From positions 1-35,788 of IMG/VR virus record IMGVR_UViG_3300008255_000271: a stretch of DNA of 35,788 nt. The stretch is one strand, 5' to 3'. The notes under the pieces are model-generated. The model saw nothing but the letters and a program-made list of their open reading frames with translations, was not told the DNA's origin and searched no databases. This document shows positions 7,650-17,291 of the stretch, piece after piece; positions within the stretch are counted from its first letter, which is position 1, and each line of letters starts with the position of its first letter. This DNA comes from a virus. Taxonomy: Duplodnaviria; Caudoviricetes. The position numbers were made by a program, and so were the translations under genes.

Positions 7650-8684
7650 TTACCCCTGATATCCTGGCGGTGGCCCTGGATTAAACGGCGATGAATTACT
7701 ACCACCGCCACCACCAAATGCTGGCCTATTTGCCTGTTGTTTTTGTATATCAATTTGCTGTTGTGACAAGCCCTGGTTGACTTGCGTGTTGTAAAGCCCG
7801 CCAACGTCCGGTTGTTGATACGACACTGGCGTAAAGCCCTGAAAGCTCGGATTCATAAAAGCGGACTGCCCGATACTTGATAGCGTTGGTAATGCTGCCA
7901 TGCTTTGGTTTGTTCCCTGCTCTACTGCTGTTGAGCGTGCGCCGGTGAACATATCATCGTATCTTTTGTTAAGCTCCGACATCTGATTGTTGTATAAATC
8001 ACTGCCGACAGGTATGCCGCGATTGGCGAGCGTCTGAGTCAACTGCTCGGTGTCCTGTGTGCGGTTCTTGTCGTAACCACTAGTGAGACGATCAAATACC
8101 GCTTGTTCGTAGTTTGACAGCTCAGAACCTGCGGAGTTGCCGAGACTACCAAGCACGCCGCCTTGAAACATTTGCGATAGTACCGAGTTGGCATCAATCC
8201 CGCCCTGCTGCACACCTTGCGCTACTTGCTGGTTTTGGCCTGAAAGCCCTTGCGTTACTGTTGGTTGTCCGGTGATCGGGTCGTAAGTTACAGTCTGCGA
8301 GCCAAAAGGGTTCACCTGGTTCGGATTCGTTAGCGTGTTCCCTGCTACCTGTGCGCCCTTAGCTACGTCACCAGTCGTATTTATTACATCAGTCGGGCTA
8401 CCAAGAGGTAGTGCGCTATATTCTGGCTGTGTGCTCTGTTCTAAGCCTTTGAGACGGTTCAGTTCCGCGTCTGCTTGCCATTGTTGGATACCGCCGCTGG
8501 CTACCTGCTGCGCTAAGTTTGCTTGAGCGTCCTGCAAGCCACGACTTAGCGCCGGTGCTGCTGGTGCTGGTGCCGCCGCTGGTGTAGAACTCCCACCGCC
8601 GTCAGTTGGTCTATTTGCTGAATTTCTTACTTCGCCAGTAGCAGTGTTTTTATACACCCCTGGGCTTAATCGTTCCCATGCCAT
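7650..8684 (-). CDS. DNA pilot / ejection protein
   Basis: NPNQVNPFGSQT and LANRGIPVGSDLYNN motifs typical of podovirus pilot proteins; Gln/Gly-rich. Confidence 0.7.
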   Translation of the reverse strand: MAWERLSPGVYKNTATGEVRNSANRPTDGGGSSTPAAAPAPAAPALSRGLQDAQANLAQQVASGGIQQWQADAELNRLKGLEQSTQPEYSALPLGSPTDVINTTGDVAKGAQVAGNTLTNPNQVNPFGSQTVTYDPITGQPTVTQGLSGQNQQVAQGVQQGGIDANSVLSQMFQGGVLGSLGNSAGSELSNYEQAVFDRLTSGYDKNRTQDTEQLTQTLANRGIPVGSDLYNNQMSELNKRYDDMFTGARSTAVEQGTNQSMAALPTLSSIGQSAFMNPSFQGFTPVSYQQPDVGGLYNTQVNQGLSQQQIDIQKQQANRPAFGGGGGSNSSPFNPGPPPGYQG

Positions 8685-10249
8685 TAGTATGCACCCCTCT
8701 CTTCTTCGTAGTATATTTCAACGCCCGCCAAGTCGTTCACTTCTCCGTTATTCTCACCTAAACTATTTTTTCCAAAAGCTACTGAGATATATTGCCCAAC
8801 CCCTGGAGGGCTTAACTCTTGTAGTCTGTAAGGATAAACAAGGTCGGCATCGTAGGTCGTTTCTGCTGTGCTCGCTGTGTCCGTCTGAGCTGTCGCAGGG
8901 TCAGCGAAATCAGAACTTGCTGAGATGCTCACGACGTTTCGAGTCGCGGCGTTTGCTCCTGCAACATAGCGGCTTAATGCCCTAATAAACTTCACAACCT
9001 TCTGCCCCTTAGTGCCAAGGTCAAAGAAAGGTGTACGCCAATCGAAATAGACGGCTGTGTCTTCCTCGCCGGTAATCAATCGCACCCGGTAAAGTTTCAC
9101 GTCAGAACCCCCGCCAACGGCAAAGATCAAACGCCCCTCATCTGAACCACCTGGCAGAAACTCAATCGCTTGAATTTCTTCGCCTTCGCCGCCAAGCGGG
9201 AAGCGTAATTGACTCCACGCCCCTAGCTCGTAATTAAGCACCCAAACGGATTGCTCGTGATAACCTGAGCGGCCTGAACCATTATAGGCCGGTGCGAGTA
9301 GGTACATAAAAGGCGTTAAGATAGAGAAAGCTATGTCCGCATTGCCCGTGAAGTTTGCTAAAATATCGCCTAGCTTGCGAGTAACTACATATAGAGCTTC
9401 TCCACTTGATGCCGTGGCAACGATAGACCTGAGCGACACAACGCCGCGCGCTGTAGTAATCAGCAAATCTTGTCCAAACTGAGTGACTGGATTCTGCCCA
9501 ACCGGTGCAGGGCCTTTAACTCTAGATACTAGCTGCCAGTTTGGAGATGCTGGCCAATCACCAGAGTAGATAAGAATCTCGCCCGATGTCATACCTATCG
9601 CCATCAAGTCCTCGTTCTGATCTCCCTGATTGACGCTCCAACTAGAACCCCATGCAATCTTACCAGATTCGTTGAGAGTTGACGCTATATCCAAAGAGGT
9701 GAGCGTTCCCGCCACGGCGTCAACTGCCCCGTAGTAAATTGTAGTTCCAGCCGAGCCGTAGAGTCTATTCTTGTAGTTCCAAACATGGGTAAAGCTCGAC
9801 ATGTTAGGCGTTGTCGTTACGGTAGTCAGCGCCTCGGTCGCAATGTCGTAAATTGCCCCTGCGTCTGTCCCGTTCACGAGGAAGATTTTCTTGTTAAAAA
9901 TACAAGAACTAGTAAAAGGCGTTGTGATTGTAACGCTCGCGGTTTTGTTTGTCGTTACTGTAGCGCCACCCCATCGGTAAACATTCTTATCAGTGCAAAC
10001 TAAAACATAACCAACGCCGCTTGTGTCGTAGTAGCGCACCATCTGCCCGACCTCGCTTTCACTGCTATCGTCTAGCGTTTCTTCGAAGTCAGACCGCCCG
10101 CGCTGCCTAATGCCCCAATCGTGAACGTAGTAGTTATCTAATACCCGCGCTTCTGTCTGCTGCAATGCCCACGGATTCGCCACAAGGTTAAGGCCGCCAG
10201 TCGGTGCTGGTAGCGATATGCTCTTAACTTTTACGGCCTCTCCTGACAT
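8684..10249 (-). CDS. Tail nozzle / head-stabilisation protein (P22 gp10 / T7 gp12-like beta-propeller)
   Basis: LPAPTGGLN N-terminus, beta-rich 521 aa, position after the adaptor. Confidence 0.82.
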   Translation of the reverse strand: MSGEAVKVKSISLPAPTGGLNLVANPWALQQTEARVLDNYYVHDWGIRQRGRSDFEETLDDSSESEVGQMVRYYDTSGVGYVLVCTDKNVYRWGGATVTTNKTASVTITTPFTSSCIFNKKIFLVNGTDAGAIYDIATEALTTVTTTPNMSSFTHVWNYKNRLYGSAGTTIYYGAVDAVAGTLTSLDIASTLNESGKIAWGSSWSVNQGDQNEDLMAIGMTSGEILIYSGDWPASPNWQLVSRVKGPAPVGQNPVTQFGQDLLITTARGVVSLRSIVATASSGEALYVVTRKLGDILANFTGNADIAFSILTPFMYLLAPAYNGSGRSGYHEQSVWVLNYELGAWSQLRFPLGGEGEEIQAIEFLPGGSDEGRLIFAVGGGSDVKLYRVRLITGEEDTAVYFDWRTPFFDLGTKGQKVVKFIRALSRYVAGANAATRNVVSISASSDFADPATAQTDTASTAETTYDADLVYPYRLQELSPPGVGQYISVAFGKNSLGENNGEVNDLAGVEIYYEEERGAY

Positions 10250-11385
10250 TATTCTGGCTGTTCCTCCTGCGCTTGTTCCTCTTCTTCTTGGAGTTTCTTC
10301 CAGTCAATATTGATGGAGCCATGCCCTTCAGAGACAGCTCCCTTCTGTAGTGCTTGTTGTGCAATTACGAGCCTGTCCTCAAGCGGCTTGTTGAACCATT
10401 CAGGGTCATTCTCTGCAAAAGCTGCGTAGTTTACAATGTCCTCGGGTTGCAAATCTGCAACGTCACGAGACTGAGCGAACTTGTTGTTTACCCACGCCCC
10501 TGCATCATCTCTGCCGACAAAATCCATTGCCAGGTCTTGTCTAGTAAGCTCCTCACGGCTTCTGCCACCTGTTGGCATTTCGTCGAGAAGGTTCTGCGGT
10601 ATGTAAGTGCCGTCATCGGCCAAACTGTTGAGGCGATTGCCTTCTGTCTTCCAAGTATCTTTTGATCCGAAAAGGCCATCGAGCGCGCGGTATCCTTCGC
10701 TCAGGCCACCTGTCGCAATTCCGATAGTTGCGCGGCTTCCCCAATCGAGAGCGCCTTTCGTATCGTCTCCCTTGATAGTATCGAGTGCGCCCTTAACTCC
10801 CAGCGCCGTACCTCCCAGGATACCAGCCACAGGCAAAGCGCCCATAGAGCCAGCATTTGCCAAAACCCCAGCTCCTGAGAATCCAGTTGCAGGAGCCTGT
10901 GAAGCTGCCGCCGATAGTTCCGCAGCCGTTGCCGGTGCGCCAGTTTGCACGCTGGTCGCTATTGCTTCCGGTGCCGCGCTTTCTCCTAATCCAAGGAGGC
11001 CTGAGCCGGTCGTGGTCGTTGCTTCTGCTACAGGTGCGGAGGCGGCCACATTTGCTGTTTCAGCCGCTGCCGTTTCCCCGCCGCCCAGGCCAAATAGTCC
11101 GCTGACAGAATCGCCAATCCCGCCGATAAAACCACTAGGGTCTTTTGCTAATCCTTGCCCTACGCCCATCGCCAAACCTGCGCCCGCTATCGGAGCTAGA
11201 GAACTTAACAGTCCGGGCGTTTCAGGTTGTTCAGGTGCGTAGCCCGCTTGCTGCTGATAGCTCTGCACAGCTTTCGGGTCTGCGTAGTATTGATCTGTCC
11301 ACGGGTAATAGATGTATCCCGCTTGCTCGCCGTGAATCCGGTAATTGTCGCCCACGAATGGATATTTGCTGCTCGTGTCTTGCAT
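10249..11385 (-). CDS. Putative ejection / internal virion protein
   Basis: Ala/Gly-rich with hydrophobic segments. Start at 11385 (MQDTSS) overlaps the adaptor stop (TAATG). Confidence 0.6.
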   Translation of the reverse strand: MQDTSSKYPFVGDNYRIHGEQAGYIYYPWTDQYYADPKAVQSYQQQAGYAPEQPETPGLLSSLAPIAGAGLAMGVGQGLAKDPSGFIGGIGDSVSGLFGLGGGETAAAETANVAASAPVAEATTTTGSGLLGLGESAAPEAIATSVQTGAPATAAELSAAASQAPATGFSGAGVLANAGSMGALPVAGILGGTALGVKGALDTIKGDDTKGALDWGSRATIGIATGGLSEGYRALDGLFGSKDTWKTEGNRLNSLADDGTYIPQNLLDEMPTGGRSREELTRQDLAMDFVGRDDAGAWVNNKFAQSRDVADLQPEDIVNYAAFAENDPEWFNKPLEDRLVIAQQALQKGAVSEGHGSINIDWKKLQEEEEQAQEEQPE

Positions 11386-12599
11386 TATAACCCCCAACCT
11401 CCGTCTGGTAGAGATGGATAAACAACACCGCTGCCGCTGCCCCCCGCTAAGGAGAACTTGCGCCCGCTATTGAAGCGATTGAGTGCGCTGTCTTTGATCC
11501 GTTCATATTCTTGTTTTATATCTGCGTAGGCTGTGCCTTTGGCTCTGAGGAAGCGCCATTTTAGCCCCTGAATCATTAGATCGTCGTCGAATAGGCACAG
11601 GTCAGAATCGGACACTAAAGTCTCGTATGCTGCCGTTTTGTGCGTCCATGTGATCGTTCCGTCGCCTACTGTGGTCGTTGACCAAGTAGGCTGAACGCTG
11701 CCAGATTTACCCGCCTCTAGGCATTTGTAATATTGCGAGCTGATAAGAAGATGAGAGCCAGCGGTGAAGGCAGTTTGCGCCGTCCATGATGCTGCCGATC
11801 TATATAGCCAGGTAACGGTTCCGTCTGTGATGTCTGTTGTAGCTGTACCAGTAGGCCCGCCACTGCTTGCCGATATGCCGCCAACTGTAGCTTGATAGAG
11901 ATTGCCGCCATTAGTGACATAAGCACCCGCAGCGTATGCGGTTGAGCCGCCCCAAGAGGTCACAGTCACCGCTTGCCAAACCACGCCACCGTCGCGCCCA
12001 ACGCCTCGCGCCATGTTCATTGGGACTGTACCTGCAGTATCAGTGCTGCCAGCCGTGTAGTTAAAGCCTGAGCACGAGCGATAATCACCACTAGTTACTG
12101 ACTCCGCAGCAGTCCAGAGTGGAGGCTGTAACCAGCTTCTGCATAAATATTCAAAAGTGATCTGCTCACCTGCGTCACCATCGCCAGGAGCAGGGTCGAT
12201 CTGTATCTGTCCACCGCCCGAGCTTGGATTAGTGTCAGGGCCGAAAACTCGATAGGCTCGATGGTTCTCGGTTGTTACGTATCCATACTCACGATAATTC
12301 CAACCACTGTCAGAGAGCGGGCCGCTCAACTCCCAACTGTTTGCAGCGTCCCAATGCGTTTGAGGCAATGCCGCAAAAAAGTCCTCCGGTAGCGGGTAAG
12401 AGCTTTTTCCCGACTCCAGGAAAATGGTGTGATCCTTCTTGAGTTGTGCCCACCAGCCAGCTTTTCGCAACTCCCTGCCCGTCGCATAAAACAAATGCAA
12501 CTGCTGCAAGGAGTTTTTATCCGTTGCGCCCACGAGGGCAGTCGGGACGGGTAAACCCGCCTCGTATGCCGCCGCTTTTACTAACTCAAGAACCGTCAT
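11385..12599 (-). CDS. Head-tail adaptor with inserted carbohydrate-binding-like repeats
   Basis: Adaptor N-terminus (MTVLELVK..GLPVP..YPLPEDF..WD..WELSGP) and C-terminus (DLCLFDDDLMIQGLKWRF) flank three Trp-anchored repeats. Confidence 0.8.
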   Translation of the reverse strand: MTVLELVKAAAYEAGLPVPTALVGATDKNSLQQLHLFYATGRELRKAGWWAQLKKDHTIFLESGKSSYPLPEDFFAALPQTHWDAANSWELSGPLSDSGWNYREYGYVTTENHRAYRVFGPDTNPSSGGGQIQIDPAPGDGDAGEQITFEYLCRSWLQPPLWTAAESVTSGDYRSCSGFNYTAGSTDTAGTVPMNMARGVGRDGGVVWQAVTVTSWGGSTAYAAGAYVTNGGNLYQATVGGISASSGGPTGTATTDITDGTVTWLYRSAASWTAQTAFTAGSHLLISSQYYKCLEAGKSGSVQPTWSTTTVGDGTITWTHKTAAYETLVSDSDLCLFDDDLMIQGLKWRFLRAKGTAYADIKQEYERIKDSALNRFNSGRKFSLAGGSGSGVVYPSLPDGGWGL

Positions 12600-12601
12600 A
12601 T

Positions 12602-13339
12602 TTACTCCCTGTATGGGCCGCAGCTCGCACCGCCACCGCTTACTGTGCTCACCTGGTCATCTAGATACTTACCAAATGTTCCCGCTGTAGTATGTCCTGA
12701 TTGAGCTTCGTCCCAAACAGCATCAGCTATCGCTCCAGAGTCGGCAGCACTAGCGCAATTAACATCTGGGATAACTTTATACCGAACAGTGCCAGTAGGT
12801 GCCGTGGTTAAGGTCTGAACCGTAGCTGTGTCAGTGCTCGATACGTAGTCAGTCACACAAGCAGTTTGACCAGCTCCAGCAGAAGCCGAAACGATTAATA
12901 TCTTAGCTCCAATCAATTCATCGTCTGCATAAGTCTCAGCAGCGGCAAGTCTCAATGAAGTAGTGGAAGGCGTGCCTTGCATCGTGCCATCGGCAGTAGG
13001 AACTATTTGTGCTTTAGTTCTAAACGCATCTGCTGTGCTATCTTTAACATACAAGATCAAGCCACCTGGAGTTGTTATTTCGGCCGCAGCAGGAACATAC
13101 TCGTAGTCACCAAGTCCAATCTCATCGACGGTGCCAGCGCAGTTGGCATAATTCCCACCAGCCACACTTATCTGACATTCTGCCCCACTAATGGTTAGGC
13201 CAGTCCCGTCCGCCCCGTCAGCGGTCAAGACCTGTCTAAAGATAAGGCCATAGTCACTAGGATTAGGCGTTGCCTCTGGAATAAAAGGCTGAGCTAAAGC
13301 TACCGAAGGGAGTAAAAGTAATGCTAGTAAATGTTTCAT
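12602..13339 (-). CDS. Signal-peptide-bearing structural/fibre-like protein
   Basis: MKHLLALLLLPSVALA-Q signal peptide; AIADAVWDE..GHTTAGTFG motif recalled from phage structural accessory proteins; 5 Cys. Confidence 0.7.
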   Translation of the reverse strand: MKHLLALLLLPSVALAQPFIPEATPNPSDYGLIFRQVLTADGADGTGLTISGAECQISVAGGNYANCAGTVDEIGLGDYEYVPAAAEITTPGGLILYVKDSTADAFRTKAQIVPTADGTMQGTPSTTSLRLAAAETYADDELIGAKILIVSASAGAGQTACVTDYVSSTDTATVQTLTTAPTGTVRYKVIPDVNCASAADSGAIADAVWDEAQSGHTTAGTFGKYLDDQVSTVSGGGASCGPYRE

Positions 13340-13340
13340 A

Positions 13341-15167
13341 TTAATCGAATCCTAAGTTAAAGTTATCGTCAAAACCTAAATCAAATAAGTAACTGTTGCC
13401 TTCTTCCTCTGCCGGGGCGTCTGCTGCGATTACTTCCAAGTGAGCTATTCTAGTCTCTCCAGACTGCGAATCAGCCGAACCGATAACCACTTTAAACGTC
13501 GTCGATGCGAACGTGTGAGTTAGAGCAGTATTGCTAGTGAGCCAATTGGCCTCTGACAAAGTGGTGCCGGTTGCGTCTAAATAAAAGTTTGCCGTAGTAG
13601 GACTTGCCGTTAGTTCTACCGAATCAATCAAAGTAGCGTCGTCGTAAAAATAGGCATACGTAGGACTTGCTCCACCGTCTGCATCTCCAAAAGCCGCCCT
13701 TACTACATAGTAGCCCGTAGCTGGTAATGTGAGAGTCCAAGTGTTTTGAGTGCCGCTGTTGTTTCGCTTATTCACTCCACCGAATTGAGGATTAGAATTA
13801 CCCGCCCTATCTCTTGCACAATCTCCGCAAGCATCCCACTGGAAAGCATAGCCGTCTCTAGTTTGTGCGCTAGTTTCTCCGAGCACATAAGTTTGCCCAC
13901 TGCCGTCAGTCTCTGCGCCGCTAGTAGCTCTAAAATTAAAGCTGCCCTCGAACACATTGAAATACTTTACCGTCAATTCGATGTAATCAATCCTAAGTTC
14001 ACGCGGGCCTGGGTCCTCCTGGACTGCGGCAATACCTACGCCAAAATCCGAGGCGTTAACTATCGCAGAGGTCAGCGCGTTACCCCAGTTTGCTATACCT
14101 CGCCTGTAGTAAGCAGAGGTCGAAGTGTCATCTGCCCAACTTGGGTGAAAAGATGTGGCAATATTATCACCTGATAAAGTCCCGCCAACATAAAGCCGCA
14201 ACGTCTGGTCGTAGGCAAAACCCTTACCTGACGCTACTTCTACGTTGCGAACTATTCGAGCATTAATGCCTGCAATCTTAGCGCCGGTAGGGACAGAAAA
14301 CCCGAAATTTGTCGCTTTCAAAATAGCCGACGTCTCTTCGTCCGCGTCGGACACTGAGAGCACGCCATCCTCGGCGCTAGCATTTGAAGGACTCGTCCAA
14401 GCAACTCCAGCGCCCTCAGATGAAAAAGTACCACCCCCCTGTGTTTGCGTTAATACTTCCACGTCCTCAAACACTGCAATGGTCCAAGCTACCCATTGCT
14501 CAGTAGTAGACGTAAATGCTCCTGGATTTTCTGTTGACGAACTAGTTAGTTTGTAAGCAGTGTCAGTAGACACTCCATTACTATCGGCGGCTTGAATTTG
14601 AACAAGCGCAGAGTAACCAGAAGGCGCGGCAGACGCTATTATATTAGAGTCTCTTGTAGCCGCAGCTACCCAAAGCACATTTCTGTCGAGCAATCCTGTT
14701 GCATAGTTAGGAGGATCGGAGTTTGTAGACGACGCATCAGTCGCAACTCCAGAAACTCCAGTGGCTCCCGATATGCAGTAAGTGGCCCAGCTCGCAGTAT
14801 CGCCGACAGAGCTATGGCTAACAGTTAGTGCATCGCTCCCCTCTGCTATTTTCCAGTAAACACCAGAAGCAACACCCGTTCCAATACGTAAGCCTTCGGT
14901 TATCCAATTAGACCCGTTTGTTATAGAGAGCCACTGGGCGTTACCTGTATCGTCATTATAAAAGCCATCAACGGAAAGTATAGAAAGCAAAAGGCTACCA
15001 ACGGAGCAGGTCGGCATTGTAATAACGTGCCCCACAGTAACCGTAGTGTCTCTGCCCGTAGCAGTGTCCGTTACCGTCATCGCGGCATTGGCGAGATTAG
15101 CCACTGTAACCAAAGTAAAAACCAAGGCCACAACAAAATAGATCCCTTTTTGAATGACTAATCTCAT
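13341..15167 (-). CDS. Signal-peptide-bearing multi-domain beta-sandwich (adhesin/fibre-like) protein
   Basis: MRLVIQKGIYFVVALVFTLVTVANLANA-A signal; Ser/Thr/Gly-rich; LKATNFGFSVPTGAKIAGI domain; C-terminal FDLGFDDNFNLGFD. Confidence 0.7.
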   Translation of the reverse strand: MRLVIQKGIYFVVALVFTLVTVANLANAAMTVTDTATGRDTTVTVGHVITMPTCSVGSLLLSILSVDGFYNDDTGNAQWLSITNGSNWITEGLRIGTGVASGVYWKIAEGSDALTVSHSSVGDTASWATYCISGATGVSGVATDASSTNSDPPNYATGLLDRNVLWVAAATRDSNIIASAAPSGYSALVQIQAADSNGVSTDTAYKLTSSSTENPGAFTSTTEQWVAWTIAVFEDVEVLTQTQGGGTFSSEGAGVAWTSPSNASAEDGVLSVSDADEETSAILKATNFGFSVPTGAKIAGINARIVRNVEVASGKGFAYDQTLRLYVGGTLSGDNIATSFHPSWADDTSTSAYYRRGIANWGNALTSAIVNASDFGVGIAAVQEDPGPRELRIDYIELTVKYFNVFEGSFNFRATSGAETDGSGQTYVLGETSAQTRDGYAFQWDACGDCARDRAGNSNPQFGGVNKRNNSGTQNTWTLTLPATGYYVVRAAFGDADGGASPTYAYFYDDATLIDSVELTASPTTANFYLDATGTTLSEANWLTSNTALTHTFASTTFKVVIGSADSQSGETRIAHLEVIAADAPAEEEGNSYLFDLGFDDNFNLGFD

Positions 15168-16954
15168 AATCCTAGCAAGTCCTCTAATTCCCTAAATCCA
15201 AATTTAACGGTGTATTGGGTTGCTCCGATCTCATCGTACGGACAAGTGCCACTATCCCAGCCATCGCAGCTCGTTGGTGAGACGGAAGAAACAGTAATGT
15301 CATCAAAGTAAGCTGTATTTGAGCCGGTTCCGATGTAGTCAATCGTTCCGACGACTATGCCGCCACCACCGTCGCCACCTGGGTCTTGCATAATGTCTTG
15401 ACTAACGCCCGTAAGATCAGCTTCCACAACAAGCGTGCCATTGATTTTGAGAGTTGCTAGTTCTCCGGTGCGATCATGTCTAAACTCGAACTCAACCCAT
15501 TCATCTTCCACAATGTCTGTTGCCGATGTATGGTAAGTACTTGTTGCCGTATCCCAGCGCCTAGCAATTGCCCACTTGCCCGTATTGACGCTCATCGCGA
15601 TGACTCTACCCCAAGGAGCACAAGAGCCATCACAACAACCAGAGTAGCAGTTGTAAGATCGTAACCCTGAATACAACACATTGGTGTAATCATTACCTGA
15701 TGGTAAATACATATAGCCGTGGATGAACCAGTCTTGATAGTATTGAGTTGTGCCGGTTCCGTTCTCATGGCTAGCACGACCGAAGACCACGCCACCACCA
15801 TCCCCTGATGCGGTAGTGACTTCCATGTAGGCATCAGTAGCAGCTTCTTGTGAGGTACATTCGGTAGCGTCTGGTGGATAACCATCGTTCCCTGATGGCG
15901 TTGCTGTCTGAGAAGTTGCATTGCCGTTTGTGCGCCAAACCGAACCATAATTGAAGCCCCGTTGGTTGGTGAAGCTTGAAAGTGTGCAGTCATTGTATTG
16001 ATGAGCTACAAAGTTATTAGCTGTGTGCCACACGAAGTAAGGAGTAGTATTCGCTGTCCCTTGAGTAACACCTTCTGGTATTCCAATTTCTGTATTGTCA
16101 TTGCGAACAACCACGTTATCTATCCACATCTTAGGCCCAGGAGTAGTGTTGCCGTCCACTGTCGTCCAATGCCCCGGCATCCCAACATGAAAGTAGTGCT
16201 CATAGCTTAAAGTGCTAACTACTGCATTTTGGAGCACGCCACCTAGGTTAAGATTAGAGTGATCAGACCAAAGAATGCCGTCCACCCATAGTTGATAGAC
16301 TCCGTTACAACCTGTAAAGCTAGTGCTATCAGAACAAGAATCATCAATCTTTATATGCTGCTCTATCCAATACCAACGACCTCCTTTTAAAACGGACGCT
16401 GCTGTCTCTGTGTTAGCAACTGCGTGATTTGCTCCGGTAATTCCGCAACTACCCGCCTCTGCAAAATAGTAAGAAAGGCCGTTAGAGATTTCAAGGTTCC
16501 CCCCCATATCACAACTAGAATCACCAGTTACTCGCATCCCGATTCCGTGAGTCTCTGTGTAAAACTGATAAGTGTCAGAGAACTTAACAAACATCCCCCA
16601 ACGAACTTCAGTCGCATCGGTTGTGTCTATGTTAATGCGTCCAGTTGAGGCACCGCCAAAAGGCAAGCCTATTTCAAAATAACCACTTCCTAAAGCCGCA
16701 GCGCCATCGCCTTTAATAGTTCCACGAGGGAAGCCAGCAGCATTACCTGTGTCGAAATTATTATCAATCCAACACGTGTCCTCTCTGCCTGTTGAGCAGT
16801 TACCTTGAGTTTCAAAATCTTGCTCTAGAATTACTATCGCTAAGGCAGTCGAGATTTTCGTCGCTTCTTGGGAAAATAGTGCAAGTAATACCCATGCAGC
16901 CAATCTAATGCTGCTTTTAACCAACTGTTGGGTATAGGTATTAAGATGCGCCAT
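15164..16954 (-). CDS. Signal-peptide-bearing tandem jelly-roll (ConA/LamG or polysaccharide-lyase-like) protein
   Basis: N-terminal hydrophobic segment ending ALA; DFET..GRWYWIEQH..YQLWVDG..WIDNVVV and EWVEFEF..LKING..YFDDITVS jelly-roll signatures; 14 Cys. Confidence 0.7.
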   Translation of the reverse strand: MAHLNTYTQQLVKSSIRLAAWVLLALFSQEATKISTALAIVILEQDFETQGNCSTGREDTCWIDNNFDTGNAAGFPRGTIKGDGAAALGSGYFEIGLPFGGASTGRINIDTTDATEVRWGMFVKFSDTYQFYTETHGIGMRVTGDSSCDMGGNLEISNGLSYYFAEAGSCGITGANHAVANTETAASVLKGGRWYWIEQHIKIDDSCSDSTSFTGCNGVYQLWVDGILWSDHSNLNLGGVLQNAVVSTLSYEHYFHVGMPGHWTTVDGNTTPGPKMWIDNVVVRNDNTEIGIPEGVTQGTANTTPYFVWHTANNFVAHQYNDCTLSSFTNQRGFNYGSVWRTNGNATSQTATPSGNDGYPPDATECTSQEAATDAYMEVTTASGDGGGVVFGRASHENGTGTTQYYQDWFIHGYMYLPSGNDYTNVLYSGLRSYNCYSGCCDGSCAPWGRVIAMSVNTGKWAIARRWDTATSTYHTSATDIVEDEWVEFEFRHDRTGELATLKINGTLVVEADLTGVSQDIMQDPGGDGGGGIVVGTIDYIGTGSNTAYFDDITVSSVSPTSCDGWDSGTCPYDEIGATQYTVKFGFRELEDLLGL

Positions 16955-16973
16955 TCTTTCCTTTTTGAAGACA

Positions 16974-17291
16974 TTACTTAGTTTTAGAAGGATTCTGCGG
17001 TTGTCCAGTAACGAACTTAAATACTTTATGCACCACGCCCCACGCAGCCAAAAGCGAGCTAAACAACCCCACTATTTCATCCATTGAGATAGGTGAGCTA
17101 TCAATAGGCAGTGAGTCAACTATAGGCTGAACAGAATCAACTGGAATTGCTGGGAAAAAAGACATAGCTGCTGAGATAATAACTCCGAGCAAACCTAACG
17201 AAGTTTTGTTTCCGTTTAGTTTTCCTTTGATGAGTCCTTTAAGGGTATCGACAACTAACCATTCCCATATGTATTTCTTGATGAAGTTCAT
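16974..17291 (-). CDS. Holin-like membrane protein
   Basis: LNGNKTSLG followed by two TM segments and a basic C-terminus. Start MNFIKK overlaps the upstream stop (TAATG). Confidence 0.6.
   Translation of the reverse strand: MNFIKKYIWEWLVVDTLKGLIKGKLNGNKTSLGLLGVIISAAMSFFPAIPVDSVQPIVDSLPIDSSPISMDEIVGLFSSLLAAWGVVHKVFKFVTGQPQNPSKTK

Noticed and set aside
10607-11242. 211-aa plus-strand ORF
   Set aside because: Antisense shadow of an Ala/Gly-rich gene, with no RBS and low-complexity Pro/Ala/Ser translation.
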